A stretch of DNA of 64,000 bases from Terriglobia bacterium (lineage in GTDB: Bacteria > Acidobacteriota > Terriglobia > UBA7540): the NCBI GenBank assembly GCA_050010015.1, contig JBEKLY010000001.1:1883-65882 (forward strand). Reading direction: 5' to 3'. The notes below the pieces were generated by a model. The model saw only the letters and a list, made by a program, of their open reading frames with translations. It did no database searches and was not told the DNA's origin. Both the position numbers and the translations under genes were made by a program. Each line of letters starts with the position of its first letter. Position 1 is the first letter of the stretch. This document shows positions 1 to 8,361 of this stretch, piece after piece.

Positions 1-2
1 CC

Positions 3-104
3 TTCTCCATGCTGCTGTGTCTCAAGGCAGAGCCGCGCCTGGACCCTCTGCGTGCGGACATTCGTTTTCAGGATTTGCTTCGGAAGGTAGGTTTGCCGCT
101 TTAG
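3..104 (+). CDS. 3' end of a CDS entering from upstream (last 33 aa, ...EPRLDPLRADIRFQDLLRKVGLPL*)
   Basis: Frame 3 is open from the window edge to TAG at 102-104. The tail resembles C-termini of TPR-type proteins but is too short to assign. Confidence 0.35.
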   Translation, partial: FSMLLCLKAEPRLDPLRADIRFQDLLRKVGLPL

Positions 105-239
105 AGCCCCTGCGCAAACCTTCTTTGGACTGTAGAGCGTCGTGGAGTGCGGCAGCGAAACTGCCGCCGTGGAATGCGAAGAGACGGCGGTAGCTGGCGC
201 TGCCGCACTCCTAAGGTATGCACCTTGCGGCGCCACATC

Positions 240-599
240 TTATTCGCTGAAAACCAGCACCTGGCTTGATCCGGCGAACCGAATTTCGCTGATGGTGTTC
301 GATCCATCCGGGTTGGTGGCGTAGATTACCGTGCTCGAATCGTACTTCTTCCCGCGATCCTCGAATTTGCACTGAGCGGAAGCCACGACTTTCTTGTCTT
401 TCACAAATTGGACGCTGGCTTGGGCGCTCTGAGCCTCCCAGCGCACAGCGTATTGACCGGCCGGAAGAGTTGTGCCACTCACAACGATCGGGTGCTCGAT
501 CGCTACGTTCCGGGAGTTCTTTGCAAAGCCAGAGATTCCACACACTAGAAGCAATAACGCGGATGCGACGAGTATGCCAAGATACCTTCTGACAGACAT
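240..599 (-). CDS. small secreted protein, paralog 1 of 3 (119 aa)
   Basis: Signal peptide (LGILVASALLLLVCGISGFA). AAGGGGGAA Shine-Dalgarno before the ATG. Shares LPAGxYxVxW and PDGS..EIRFAGSxxVLVF motifs with ORFs 1016-1378 and 1546-1911. Confidence 0.75.
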   Translation of the reverse strand: MSVRRYLGILVASALLLLVCGISGFAKNSRNVAIEHPIVVSGTTLPAGQYAVRWEAQSAQASVQFVKDKKVVASAQCKFEDRGKKYDSSTVIYATNPDGSNTISEIRFAGSSQVLVFSE

Positions 600-631
600 A
601 GAGTTCCCCCTTGGAAGATGATTGGCCTGCC

Positions 632-720
632 GGTAGGGGCACCGTTTGAGGATGTAGCGGCGAGTTTAACTCGCCAAATGGCGGCGTAAATCCGCCTCTA
701 AATCAAACTGTACCACTGCC
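632..720. repeat. degenerate copy of the ~88-bp palindromic MITE-like element also found at 31219-31305
   Basis: The 46-nt core GTAGCGGCGAGTTTAaCTCGCCAAATGGCGGCGTAA..CCGCCTCT matches the 31.2-kb copy with 3 mismatches. The outer arms pair only about 14/20. Confidence 0.6.
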
Positions 721-730
721 GGTATGCCTC

Positions 731-760
731 TTGCATTTCAGTTGCAAGTACTTCTAATAT
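731..760 (+). promoter_or_regulatory. sigma70-like promoter of RNA candidate copy A (TTGCAT-18 nt-TAATAT)
   Basis: The same -35 hexamer, the same 18-nt spacing and the same distance to the RNA as at 2919-2948. CTCTTGCATTTC is conserved in both. Confidence 0.5.
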
Positions 761-765
761 CAAAT

Positions 766-870
766 GGGGTTAAATGAAAGGCCATGGTCACACGACTCCC
801 CCGGCCTTTCCGTGGGGATTCTCTTCGCCCAGGCCCCTAAACCTACAGCGACGAGAATCCGTTTAACCCC
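766..870 (+). ncRNA. 105-nt structured RNA candidate, copy A (unassigned family)
   Basis: Closing stem GGGGTTAAATG/CGTTTAACCCC. Internal hairpin AAAGGCC...GGCCTTT. Conserved hairpin GGATTCTC...GAGAATCC. Paralogous to 2954-3058. Confidence 0.5.
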
Positions 871-1015
871 ATCTGTTTCTTTCTCGCAACCATTCTCCTA
901 GACGAACGGAGCCTCCTCCGAGTTACTGAACTCCCTGCGGCCCGCGGCTCCGGTTCGTTTATCTTAGACGCCCACGCGGCATTTTAGTTAGCTCTTCCCT
1001 CAGTTTCGAGCGGTA

Positions 1016-1378
1016 CTAATCGAACACGAGGACCTTGTTCGAGTTAGCGAAGCGAATTTCGATAATGAACAGCGATCCATCCGGCGCGGTGTCATAAACG
1101 ACCGAATTCTGTTGGTAAGTTCTGGCGCGCCGTTCGACCCTGCCCTCTGCGAACAGAGCCACCTTGAAGCGCTGCGAGAATTGTACGGTTGCCTCGGGGC
1201 TATGAGTCTTCCACTCCACCATGTACGTGCCTGCCCGCAGAGTTTTTCCATGCAAGGCCGCGTCGTGAAGAAGGGTTATAGTCCCGGAGTTCTTGGCCAA
1301 GGCGGGAGCGCCCGCGGCCAAGAGCAGTCCCAATACCAGGATCACAGTTTCGAAATCCTTTCTGAAATTCCTCTTCAA
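1016..1378 (-). CDS. small secreted protein, paralog 2 of 3 (120 aa from TTG at 1378)
   Basis: GGAGGAG Shine-Dalgarno 5 nt before TTG 1378. Signal peptide ILVLGLLLAAGAPALA. C-terminal PDGSLFIIEIRFANSNKVLVFD. The track ORF start at 1456 is an upstream extension. Confidence 0.7.
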   Translation of the reverse strand: MKRNFRKDFETVILVLGLLLAAGAPALAKNSGTITLLHDAALHGKTLRAGTYMVEWKTHSPEATVQFSQRFKVALFAEGRVERRARTYQQNSVVYDTAPDGSLFIIEIRFANSNKVLVFD

Positions 1379-1545
1379 GTGCTCCTCCCCTCTGGTCTGA
1401 TTTTCTCTGCATGACCTTGATTGATCCGGCTTGCACGAGCCGTCGACTGGCCGCACTACATTTGGGCACCCGCAAAGCGGGCAGAGTGGATTGAGTGGTC
1501 CGCCCGCCCAATCGTCCGGCGAAACTCACGCTGTGCCTCTCCCTG

Positions 1546-1911
1546 TCAGTGATTGAAAACGAGAACTTTGTTGGAACCGGCGAAACGAATCTCAAGGAGG
1601 GTCAGCGACCCGTCCGGCATGGTTTCGTAGAGGACGGAGTCGCAGGAATTCGTCCTGTCGCGGAGCTCGAGTCTGCCCTCCGTGGCGACGACGAGCTTAT
1701 GCTCCTGCAAGAGATGCACAGTTGCCTCGGGGCTGTGGGTCTGCCACTCGACCTTATACCAGCCGGCGGGCACTTTCTTGCCCTGTACGACAATCGCGTG
1801 TTCAAGATCGATCCTCCGCGATTCCTTCGCCGAAGCGGGAATGCCGGCGGCTAGCAGCAGCCCCAATGACAGAGCTCCTGTTCCAAACCATTTTCTGGTT
1901 ATCCTCTTCAT
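1546..1911 (-). CDS. small secreted protein, paralog 3 of 3 (121 aa)
   Basis: AGGAGG Shine-Dalgarno. Signal peptide ALSLGLLLAAGIPASA. VPAGWYKVEW and PDGSLTLLEIRFAGSNKVLVF motifs. Confidence 0.8.
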   Translation of the reverse strand: MKRITRKWFGTGALSLGLLLAAGIPASAKESRRIDLEHAIVVQGKKVPAGWYKVEWQTHSPEATVHLLQEHKLVVATEGRLELRDRTNSCDSVLYETMPDGSLTLLEIRFAGSNKVLVFNH

Positions 1912-1987
1912 CTTTACCTCCTCTTCTGTTTTCTCTTACGCTTGTTTAACTTTGTTGCTAAGCCTTCCGAGCCGTCGGAGGCTGTGG

Positions 1988-2833
1988 TCATTTCTTTTGC
2001 CCGTCGATTGAGTCAAGGGCTTCTTGAGAATCCCCAGCGCCGGCGTTTTGCGCTTGGTTTTGCTGGTCCGAGTTCAGCTCAGACACCTCAGCACGCATGC
2101 GTTTGGACTGCTCATCGGTGAAAAAAAGATACGCTCTGGCAATGGTGTACAACTCTTCCTGGTGCCAATGGGCGCGCATAATTCCATTGACACTGTGGGA
2201 GCGCGCACCTAGCAGCAGGTGGCCGATTTCATGTGCCAAGGCGTGGCCCAGGAGTTGAGATTCGCTCACATCCCCGTCTCTTGCCAGTTCCCGAACCTCG
2301 CGATAGAAGACGTACGCAGAGCATCCGCTGTGATCGCCGATGCACTCAAGAGCCTGGCCCAAATCATCGCGATGCATGGCGATTAGCTGAGCCTCTGCCG
2401 CGCTGAGGATCTTGATTGTGAATTCCGCGCCGCCCATGTCGTTCCGACACGCGGGATACGATGCGGATTCTTCTGAGCTGAGAGGGCAATCGACCCAGCC
2501 GGCCTCGAGTCCGGCGTGGTTTAAGATGGCCGTGGCCTCGCGTTCAGCCCTCACCAAAAGAGCATGTGAAACGCTGTGGTTGTACACTCGCAGTGTGATC
2601 ATGGGTCTGGCTCGCTCAGCGGCGGGTGAAAGGACTTGCGCAGGGGCTTGCTGGCTCACGCCCATGACGGTCAGGATCAGGGTTAGTCCCCAGGGCAAAT
2701 CGCGCCGTCTCCTGCCTGCCTCCGGGTTGGACCGTTGCCCGCTCGTATCGGCCTCCGTTTCGTTCGTCGGCTGATCTTTGCTGCGGTACCGCGCTTCCGA
2801 AACCACCCCGAACTGTCCAGTTGCGACCTTCAA
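1988..2833 (-). CDS. secreted zinc metalloprotease, metzincin-like (HEIGHLLLGARSH ... GIM)
   Basis: HExxH embedded in HALAHEIGHLLLGARSHSVNGIM. Hydrophobic signal-like segment WGLTLILTVMGVSQQAPA. The start is uncertain (TTG at 2833 or downstream). Confidence 0.65.
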   Translation of the reverse strand: MKVATGQFGVVSEARYRSKDQPTNETEADTSGQRSNPEAGRRRRDLPWGLTLILTVMGVSQQAPAQVLSPAAERARPMITLRVYNHSVSHALLVRAEREATAILNHAGLEAGWVDCPLSSEESASYPACRNDMGGAEFTIKILSAAEAQLIAMHRDDLGQALECIGDHSGCSAYVFYREVRELARDGDVSESQLLGHALAHEIGHLLLGARSHSVNGIMRAHWHQEELYTIARAYLFFTDEQSKRMRAEVSELNSDQQNQAQNAGAGDSQEALDSIDGQKK

Positions 2834-2918
2834 GCCGCGTCTTTAGAGACACTTATTGCGCCTGCTTCTTAGCCTCGTTCAGCCCCATTCAAGGGCGAGG
2901 CTAAGTTTTGAATCTCTC

Positions 2919-2948
2919 TTGCATTTCTTTTGTGAAAGCCCTTACAAT
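2919..2948 (+). promoter_or_regulatory. sigma70-like promoter of RNA candidate copy B (TTGCAT-18 nt-TACAAT)
   Basis: See 731-760. Position and spacing are conserved relative to the RNA. Confidence 0.5.
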
Positions 2949-2953
2949 CAGGT

Positions 2954-3058
2954 GGGGTTAAATGAAAATGCCGGGACCGAAAGGTCCCCAAGCCTTTTCC
3001 CAGGGATTCTCTTCGCCCAGGCCGCCAAACCTTCAGCGGAGAGAATCCATTTAACCCC
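2954..3058 (+). ncRNA. 105-nt structured RNA candidate, copy B
   Basis: Closing stem GGGGTTAAATG/CATTTAACCCC. GGGACC-GAAA-GGTCCC hairpin inside stem AAAATGC/GCCTTTT. Hairpin GGATTCTCT...AGAGAATCC. Confidence 0.5.
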
Positions 3059-3186
3059 TTACCTTCTTGCCGCTTCTTCCCCCGATACGCCCGTTAGACG
3101 CACAGATCCACGTCCGAGTTAGCCAGCCGGAAGTAACATCTTTGTAACAACGTTGTCATCGGCTTATTAAGCCCTCTCTACGATCT

Positions 3187-3606
3187 CTAAGACGTCTGCG
3201 CGAGATTTTTGTTAGCTACCATTTGTAAATACGGAGATGCCCTGCGCGAAGTTCCAAAAAAGCTCGGAATATCCGCAGTACCGCGAACGAGGCAATTCGA
3301 ATCCGTCTCTGCACCCTGCCCACCACTTGCTGCTTTTTGCAGCACCACTTTTTTGGGCAATTCTTGTGCCATTCGAGCCTTGTGGCCAAGGAACTGAATC
3401 CATAGGTTCTTGGCCGCGAATCCAATAAACAGTATGGCTGCGGAGTGTCCGCTTTTGAGACGATGTTTCCCAAGATCGAACACTTCACGAACAGAATTGT
3501 TGAAGCCCCGTTCTGCAAATGCCACATAGCTCATTACCCATGCAGCTTGGCGACACATCAATGCGAATCCTGCTCCATCATTGGTTAAGAAGATGCGTAG
3601 GGGCAA
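3187..3606 (-). CDS. hypothetical protein (139 aa), possibly a gene fragment
   Basis: Only an ORF with protein-like composition. No motif recognised. Flanked by repeat clusters. Confidence 0.25.
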   Translation of the reverse strand: MPLRIFLTNDGAGFALMCRQAAWVMSYVAFAERGFNNSVREVFDLGKHRLKSGHSAAILFIGFAAKNLWIQFLGHKARMAQELPKKVVLQKAASGGQGAETDSNCLVRGTADIPSFFGTSRRASPYLQMVANKNLAQTS

Positions 3607-3659
3607 CCCGAATCTTGCTGCCCTGTCTAACTCGCACTGCGAACCGCGCTTCGGACATT

Positions 3660-3844
3660 GTCATTCCGAGCCCTCCGCTTTCATTCCGAGCCCTTCGCTG
3701 TCATCCTGAGCCCTTCGCTCGTCATTCTGAGCGGAGCGAAGAATCTCGCTCTGCCGCTCAGGGTAAACTCCGCGAGGAATCTCGCACTGAGTAGTTTCAT
3801 GGGCGGTGCAAGATTCCTCGTCGCCTGCGGTTCCTCGGAACGAC
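3660..3844. repeat. composite cluster of GTCATyCyGAGC-type palindromic units
   Basis: Four head-to-tail GTCATTCCGAGCC/GTCATCCTGAGCC/GTCATTCTGAGCGGAGCGAAGAATCTCGC units, followed by the inverted partner GATTCCTCGTCGCCTGCGGTTCCTCGGAACGAC. Confidence 0.8.
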
Positions 3845-4044
3845 AGGTCAGGCCGGCTACCTCCGGAGGCTGTAAATGTCGGCACACGAGTCACATTAGG
3901 ATACTTGCAAGTGCGGTGCGTTGACGCTCTCCGGGAAGGTCGATATACTCATTTTGCGGGGCCAATCGACTGCTAGTCGCCGGGTGAGGTTGTTATTCCC
4001 CTGTGCCCTCATGCAATTACAAGTCTCCCGCGGGATCCTAGTCC

Positions 4045-5472
4045 ATGAAGCTCGCCGCTTTGGTCCGCGAACTCGAGAAAACCTTGGGACGCGAGGCTGT
4101 ACTGTGGCGGCCTAATGACGTCATGCTCTATGAGTACGACGGCCTTTCCTCACTGCGCCCACCGGATGTTGTGGTTTTCCCACGAAATACGCTGGACGTC
4201 GTCCGCATCGTGAAATTTGCAGCGCAACATAAGCTCTTAGTTGTTCCTCGCGGCGCGGGAACTGGTCTGAGCGGAGGCTCGGTTCCTTGGCAGGGGGGCA
4301 TCCTGGTTGGTTTCGCGCGCATGAAAGAAATCGTTGAAATCGACCTCGAGAATCAGCGTGCCAGGGTACAGCCTGGCGTAGTCAACCTCGATCTTTCGCT
4401 TGCGGTTTCGGACGCCGGGTACTACTACGCGCCCGATCCTTCCAGCCAGAAGGCCTGCACCTTGGGCGGAAACGTTGCCGAGAACGCGGGCGGGCCGCAC
4501 ACTCTATTGCACGGTGTAACGACCAATCACGTCTTAGGACTCGAAGTTGTATTGCCGAGTGGAGAGGTGATTCATACTGGCGGCAAATCTCTGGACCGTC
4601 CCGGTTACGATCTCACCGGACTCTTCGTGGGTTCGGAGGGTACGCTCGGGATCGTGACGGAGATAACCGTGCGCTTGATGCGCAAGGCGGAGGCTGTGGC
4701 CACATTGCTGGCCGTCTATGACCGGATCATCGACGCCACACGCACAGTGGTGGCCATCACCGCGCGCGGCATCACTCCGGCCGCCTTGGAAATGATCGAC
4801 GGTTTCACGCTGCGCGCCATCGAGGAAGCTACCCACGCGGGCTATCCAATGGATTCCGCCGCCGTTCTGCTGATCGAGATTGAAGGGCTAAGAGAAGCCG
4901 TGGAAGAAAACGCCCAGCACATTGAATCCGTGTGTCAGGAAAATCAGGTGCGCCAGGTGCGGCGGGCAAAATCGGCGGAGGAACGAGAGCTTTTCTGGAA
5001 GGGAAGGAAGAACGCCTTCGGAGCCCTGGGGCGAATCAGCCCCAGCTATTACGTGCAGGACGGAGTGATTCCCCGCACCCGTCTGCCTGAAATGCTGGAA
5101 TTTATTGGACAGATGGAAATCAAGTACGCTGTCAAGATCGGCAATATTTTTCACGCCGGCGACGGCAACCTTCATCCCATCATCCTCTTTGATCGCCGCA
5201 ACGAAAACGAGTCCAAACGGGTTCGCGAGGCCGCCGCGGAAATCCTTTTCCGATGCATTGAGATGGGTGGTTCAATAACCGGCGAGCACGGCGTGGGAAT
5301 CGAGAAGATTAACCTGATGCCGTATCTTTTCTCCGCAGACGACCTGGACATGATGCGAAGGATCAAAGAAGTCTTCAATCCGGATGGGCGCTTCAACCCT
5401 GGCAAAGTGCTTCCAACCAGTAAGATGTGCGGCGAACTTCGAGCCGAGGCGAGTGTGGGAGGCATATTGTGA
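4045..5472 (+). CDS. glcD: glycolate oxidase subunit GlcD (FAD-linked oxidase)
   Basis: 475 aa. FAD-binding PCMH-type region (VVPRGAGTGLSGGSVP) and C-terminal GEHGVG motif. Followed by glcE and glcF homologs. Confidence 0.85.
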   Translation: MKLAALVRELEKTLGREAVLWRPNDVMLYEYDGLSSLRPPDVVVFPRNTLDVVRIVKFAAQHKLLVVPRGAGTGLSGGSVPWQGGILVGFARMKEIVEIDLENQRARVQPGVVNLDLSLAVSDAGYYYAPDPSSQKACTLGGNVAENAGGPHTLLHGVTTNHVLGLEVVLPSGEVIHTGGKSLDRPGYDLTGLFVGSEGTLGIVTEITVRLMRKAEAVATLLAVYDRIIDATRTVVAITARGITPAALEMIDGFTLRAIEEATHAGYPMDSAAVLLIEIEGLREAVEENAQHIESVCQENQVRQVRRAKSAEERELFWKGRKNAFGALGRISPSYYVQDGVIPRTRLPEMLEFIGQMEIKYAVKIGNIFHAGDGNLHPIILFDRRNENESKRVREAAAEILFRCIEMGGSITGEHGVGIEKINLMPYLFSADDLDMMRRIKEVFNPDGRFNPGKVLPTSKMCGELRAEASVGGIL

Positions 5473-6815
5473 CGGTGGCTGCGGATTCCGCACAAATGGC
5501 GCTGGCCGCAATCCTGGGTGAATCGCAGGTTGTTTCAGAACCTGCAGCCTGCGCGGCGTGGGCGGTGGGAGGCAAGGTTCCCAAGTATGGTGTAGAGCCG
5601 CCTACCGCGGAATGCGTTGCCGCAGTGTTGAAGATCGCCGCTGACCATGATCTCGCCGTGATCCCTCGCGGCAACGGGACTCAACTCGACTTGGGCAGCC
5701 CGCCCAGCCGCTATGATCTTTCGGTGTCGCTCCGGAAATTGAATCGAGTTCGGCATTTTGAACCCGCCGATTTGACGATCGGTGTGGAAGCGGGAATGAA
5801 ACTGGGTGAGCTACAGGATTTCCTGGGCCGCGAAGGGCTTTGGCTTCCGCTCGATCCCCGAGGCGGCGCCACTGCGACCATCGGCGGCATTCTGGCTACG
5901 AATTCCACGGGACCATTGCGGCTCCGGTTTGGCTCCGCGCGCGACATGTTGTTGGGCATCAAGGTTGCCACCACGGAAGGGAAACTGATCAAGAGCGGCG
6001 GGCGCGTGGTGAAGAATGTGGCGGGCTACGACCTTTCGAAGCTGTTCGTAGGATCGTTCGGAACGCTGGGGCTGATTGTGGAAGCCAGTTTTAAACTGTT
6101 TCCGCGACCCGCCTCACGCGCCACCTGGGTGCTCGAGCCGGGGACACTCGGGCGGGCGCGTGATTTACGCGGACGAATCCTGAACTCGCCTCTAGAGCCT
6201 TTGCGCATGGTCCTTCTCGACAGCGGGGCAGCGGGCCTGTTCCGCCAGGGGATGCACTCGGGAGGAGAACCGGAACTCTGGATCGAAGCCGGCGGCTCGC
6301 CGAAAATCCTCGAGAGGCACGCCAAGGATCTGGCTGAGATAGGACGATCCATGGGCATTGCGTGCCGCACGATGGACGAGCTGGCGGAACAACAGTTATG
6401 GGATCAGTTAATAAATTTTGAACGATCGCTTCCGGCTTTGCACTCTGAAGTGATGATTATGAAGGCTGCATTGCCCATTGCCTGCAGCGAGCAGTTTCTC
6501 AGCCTAGCGCGGCAGGCGGCTGAGGGCGATGGAATTAGTATCGCCGGTATTGCCCAGCCGGGAGTCGGCATCGTGCATTTGGGAGTGTGGGGCGTGAAGC
6601 TCGGGGAAATTGCGGCGCCCCTGGTTACGAATGCCCGCAAGTCGGCTGAGAGCCTTGGCGGCGCCCTGGTGGTCGAGCAGTATCCGGCGGGCTTCGAGGG
6701 CGAACGCGATGTGTGGGGTGCGCCGGGCGACCTTCTGCCATCCATGCGAGGACTGAAAGCCGTGTGGGATCCGCGCGGCATCCTTTCGCCCGGGAGGTTC
6801 GTGGGGGGAATTTAG
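5469..6815 (+). CDS. glcE: glycolate oxidase FAD-binding subunit GlcE
   Basis: GTG 5469 overlaps the glcD stop (GTGA). VIPRGNGTQLDLG and KNVAGYDLSKLFVGSFGTLG motifs. Confidence 0.8.
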   Translation: MTVAADSAQMALAAILGESQVVSEPAACAAWAVGGKVPKYGVEPPTAECVAAVLKIAADHDLAVIPRGNGTQLDLGSPPSRYDLSVSLRKLNRVRHFEPADLTIGVEAGMKLGELQDFLGREGLWLPLDPRGGATATIGGILATNSTGPLRLRFGSARDMLLGIKVATTEGKLIKSGGRVVKNVAGYDLSKLFVGSFGTLGLIVEASFKLFPRPASRATWVLEPGTLGRARDLRGRILNSPLEPLRMVLLDSGAAGLFRQGMHSGGEPELWIEAGGSPKILERHAKDLAEIGRSMGIACRTMDELAEQQLWDQLINFERSLPALHSEVMIMKAALPIACSEQFLSLARQAAEGDGISIAGIAQPGVGIVHLGVWGVKLGEIAAPLVTNARKSAESLGGALVVEQYPAGFEGERDVWGAPGDLLPSMRGLKAVWDPRGILSPGRFVGGI

Positions 6816-6920
6816 AAAGCAGAAAGCAGAACGCTGAAGGCGCTTCGCAAGGCGCGAAACAGCTTGTCAATCCGAGCGAAGATTCCATGATCTTTCGTTT
6901 CACCACTCGTCGCAGAAATG

Positions 6921-6992
6921 CCCTCTCCCCCTTGAGGGGGAGGGTGGCCCGCGACGGCGCTTTCATCAGCCGGCTCGGGTCGGGTGAGGGGG
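6921..6992. repeat. palindromic repeat family CCCTCTCCCCC..GGGGGAGGGTGG ... GGGTGAGGGGG
   Basis: Hairpin CCCTCTCCCCCTTGAGGGGGAGGG. Related copies lie at 11558-11624, 31904-31955 and 49224-49279. Confidence 0.8.
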
Positions 6993-7005
6993 CCCGGGTT
7001 CGCGA

Positions 7006-8340
7006 ATGAGCACAATGGATTCGTCACCAAAAGTCGAGCCCCAGCGTAGCTGGTACGGCCCGGGCGAGGCCCCCCGCTGGGCAGATTATTCGCGGTGTAT
7101 CCGCTGCGGGCTCTGTTTGAACGCCTGCCCGACTTATCGCGAGCTTGGCCTGGAAATGGATTCGCCGCGCGGGCGCATCTACCAGATAATCCAGGTGGAA
7201 AGCGGCCGCTTGTCTCTGGGTGAAAGCTTCGTGCGGCACATCGACCTTTGCCTGGACTGTCGCGCCTGCGAAACCGCATGCCCGTCGGGTGTCGAGTACG
7301 GAAAGCTGGTAGAGGCCGCGCGGGGGCAGATCGAAAGGTATTACAAAAGGCCGCCTGTCGCAGGGCTTCTGCGGAAGCTCTTCTTCCGCGAGATCCTTCC
7401 TCACCGCCAACGCCTGGAAGTGGCGGGGAAGATTTTGCGATTCTATCAACAGTCCGGCCTGGAGAAGCTGGTCCTCGCCTCCCGGCTGCTGAAGATCTTG
7501 CCGTGGAACATGGAACGCGTGGCCGCACTCGCGCCACGCATGGAAAAGCCGTTTTTCACGGAGCGGCTGGGCACTGTAGTTCCGCCCGTGGGGACGCGCC
7601 GGTACAAGGTGGCGTTCTTCGCCGGCTGCATCGCCAACCTGTCCTTTGCGCGTCTGAACGATGCGACGGTGCGCGTGCTTGCCAAGAACGGCTGCGAGGT
7701 GGTCATACCCGCCGACCAGGGATGTTGCGGCGCGCTGCATGTTCACGCCGGGATCCGGGACGTGGCGCGAGAGCTGGCCAAGAATAACATCCGCGCCTTC
7801 GGGACCGATGAGTTCGATGCGGTCATCACGAACGCCGCGGGCTGCGGCTCGGTTCTGAAGGAGTATCCGCTGCTCTTTGAAGAGGAAGAGCGGGATTACT
7901 TCGAGCCCGCGCGGGCTTTTTCCAGCAAAGTTCGCGACGTCACGGAATTCCTGGCGGGAATTGAGCTGAACAAGGACTTCGCTGTGACACGAGCGCGCGC
8001 CACTTATCAGGATTCCTGCCACCTGGGCCATGCGCAGAAGATCCGCTCGGCGCCGAGGAAATTGCTCGCAGCAATACCGGGCCTCGAGTTCGTGGAATTG
8101 AAGGAATCGGAGATCTGTTGCGGCAGCGCCGGGATTTACAACGTGGTGCACAACGATCTGGCGGAAAAAATCCTCGTTAGCAAAATGCGGCGGATCGACG
8201 AAACCAAAGCCGACCTTGTTTTGACGGCGAATCCCGGCTGCCTGCTCCAGTTGCGGGCCGGCGTGTCGCGCGCGGGAGGCAATCGCCGCGTATTACACGT
8301 GGTGGAATTATTGGATGAGGCATATCGCGGTCGTAAATGA
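7006..8340 (+). CDS. glcF: glycolate oxidase iron-sulfur subunit GlcF
   Basis: Two ferredoxin-type motifs (CIRCGLCLNACP, CLDCRACETACP) plus two Cys-rich CCG-type halves. Confidence 0.85.
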   Translation: MSTMDSSPKVEPQRSWYGPGEAPRWADYSRCIRCGLCLNACPTYRELGLEMDSPRGRIYQIIQVESGRLSLGESFVRHIDLCLDCRACETACPSGVEYGKLVEAARGQIERYYKRPPVAGLLRKLFFREILPHRQRLEVAGKILRFYQQSGLEKLVLASRLLKILPWNMERVAALAPRMEKPFFTERLGTVVPPVGTRRYKVAFFAGCIANLSFARLNDATVRVLAKNGCEVVIPADQGCCGALHVHAGIRDVARELAKNNIRAFGTDEFDAVITNAAGCGSVLKEYPLLFEEEERDYFEPARAFSSKVRDVTEFLAGIELNKDFAVTRARATYQDSCHLGHAQKIRSAPRKLLAAIPGLEFVELKESEICCGSAGIYNVVHNDLAEKILVSKMRRIDETKADLVLTANPGCLLQLRAGVSRAGGNRRVLHVVELLDEAYRGRK

Positions 8341-8361
8341 CCATCGGGGAGGTTGACAATC

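Noticed and set aside
766-870. Whether the 105-nt RNA candidates are a known housekeeping RNA (4.5S/SRP, 6S, tRNA-like)
   Set aside because: There are two divergent copies with a variable apical hairpin. There is no SRP domain-IV-like GGAA/AGCA symmetric loop in both copies, the length is far below 6S, and there is no cloverleaf. They are therefore left as an unassigned family.
3658-3924. Several 60-90-aa ORFs on both strands (for example ...AVILSPSLVILSGAKNLALPL...)
   Set aside because: These are translations of the tandem GTCATyCTGAGC palindromic units. The same peptide strings recur wherever the repeat occurs (10.4, 17.8, 18.9 and 52.5 kb).
7024-8151. 375-aa minus-strand ORF
   Set aside because: Antisense shadow of glcF, whose ferredoxin and CCG motifs clearly define the plus frame.
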